Assembly: GCA_001643675.2 (NCBI GenBank)
Contig: LSRY02000063.1
Coordinates: 1 to 64,000 of the forward strand
Direction: 5' to 3'
DNA length: 64,000 nt
From: Monocercomonoides exilis PA203
Lineage: Eukaryota; Protista; Preaxostyla
The notes below the pieces were generated by a model, which saw nothing but the letters and a program-made list of their open reading frames with translations, was not told where the DNA came from and ran no database searches. The translations under genes were made by a program, and so were the position numbers. Shown piece by piece: positions 62,654-64,000 of the stretch (position 1 is its first letter; each line of letters starts with the position of its first letter).

Positions 62654-64000
62654 ATGAATTCAGATGTGATTGTTGGAATAAATGATACTCACTTGAAAGA
62701 GGGAGCTTCTCTTGGAAATCCGCCAACTAAAATTATTTTATATTCTCGTCGTTGGTATATCCTTATAATATACTCGTTGAACTGTTTTCTTCTTTCAATG
62801 GAATTCTCAATATTCAATGCAGTTCCCAAATCATCAATGGAATATTATTCTCAAGCCAACTTAACAATGGAACTTATTAACCTTTGTTTATCATATTGTA
62901 TGTAATTGTTCTTTTTGTCCGATGGATTTAGTTTGAATTTTTGAATTAAAGCCACTTTATTTTCTTCTCCATTCATTCTTCTAACAATCTTTTTGGATAG
63001 CAAGTTTCACAATTTACGTTTGATAACTTTGCTATCATCGTGGAGCTTACTTTTATCTGATCTTGTTAGAATGCTACCAACTTGGATCCCTTCACTCCTT
63101 CCAAACGCTTTTGTGATAATGGTTATTGGGCAAGTTCTTAACCAAATAGGAGGATCATTTGCTTATCCGACACCTTCACTGGTAAGTGCAACATGGTTTT
63201 CAGCAAAAGAGAGAGCTATTATAACAGCTATTGGAACAGAATCCAACTATCTTGGTGTGGCTGTGGGATTTCTTGTTTATCCCCTCTTAATTACAAAAGG
63301 AAGCGATATTCCTGTGGTTCTTCTCTATCTTCTCATTGCGCAGGCGATATGCACACTATCATTAACAGTGTATTTCCCTGCGCGGCCTCCTACACCACCG
63401 TCTTTCTCAGAAGCATTGAAGCATGAGGAGTTGGAAAAAAACAGAAAAGAATCGTCCGCTTCATCTCATAATCTTTCTGCACCCACACCAGCATCTGCTC
63501 TTCCTTCCGCAACTGCAGCATCTCCAACTGCATCTTCCTCTTCGTCCTCCTCCTCTCTGCTCGATTCTCCTCCTGCGCTTCCACTTCCTTCGTCTCAACT
63601 TGCTTTCACTGAAACTGCAAAGCCGTCATTCTATCTCACGAAAGTTAAGCCAATCATCAGAGTTTTGTGCAAGCCAGCGATTGTCCTTCTGATTGTTGCG
63701 ATTTCGTTGGAAAGCGCTGCCGCACAGGCTTTTGCTGACAACGTCACCTATTTCTACACAGTCCTCGATTTCTCCGAATTTCAGGGCGGCATTTTTGCCT
63801 TTGTGAACTCAATTGCTTCTGTCGCAGGCACTTTTTGTGCGTCGTTTGTGGCTGAAAGGCTGCACAGGAAGCACAAGTGGATTCTGATGGCGATCTTCAT
63901 TTTGACTGACCTGTCGTACGTGTTCTTCTTGTTCGCTCTGCCTCTGCCAAAATTCGAGCCATCTTCAGCTTTTGCTCTTTCTTCTCAGCGCAAAATGGGA
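62654..64000 (+). CDS. MFS transporter, FLVCR/SLC49-like (3' end outside the window)
   Basis: YSRRWYILIIYSL; intron 62898-62951; GQVLNQIGGSFAYPTPSLVSATWFSAKERAIITAIG..NYLGVAVGF. Confidence 0.85.

Overview
AT-rich eukaryotic DNA with short GT-AG introns and the standard genetic code. The gene families resemble those of the oxymonad Monocercomonoides (inference from family resemblance, not a search). (i) 1-24430 is a near-perfect giant inverted duplication (arms 1-11719 and 12690-24430, ~970 bp spacer). Each arm carries a ~2700-aa receptor-like surface protein gene (signal peptide, Gly/Cys-rich beta-helix-like ectodomain, TM helix, degenerate tyrosine-kinase-like tail). The right copy is intact; the left has ~10 homopolymer-type frameshifts. 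(ii) 24.7-39.8 kb holds transportin (7 introns), a cluster of a lineage-specific helical protein family, a Pro-rich protein and a GH13 alpha-amylase. (iii) 39.9-62.3 kb is a transposon nest. Two related hAT elements (39940-48435, TSD GATTTAAC; 52291-58182, TSD GTT[G/A]ACTA) each encode an intron-containing transposase and carry, between their TIRs and in convergent orientation, a copy of the receptor-kinase-like host gene family. The second hAT interrupts a pogo/DDE_1 transposase whose reading frame is restored when the hAT is removed. A third TIR-bounded segment (58676-62299) also holds a surface-protein fragment. (iv) An FLVCR-like MFS transporter runs off the right edge. The most interesting signal is a cargo-carrying hAT family that may be a vehicle for expanding the receptor-pseudokinase family.
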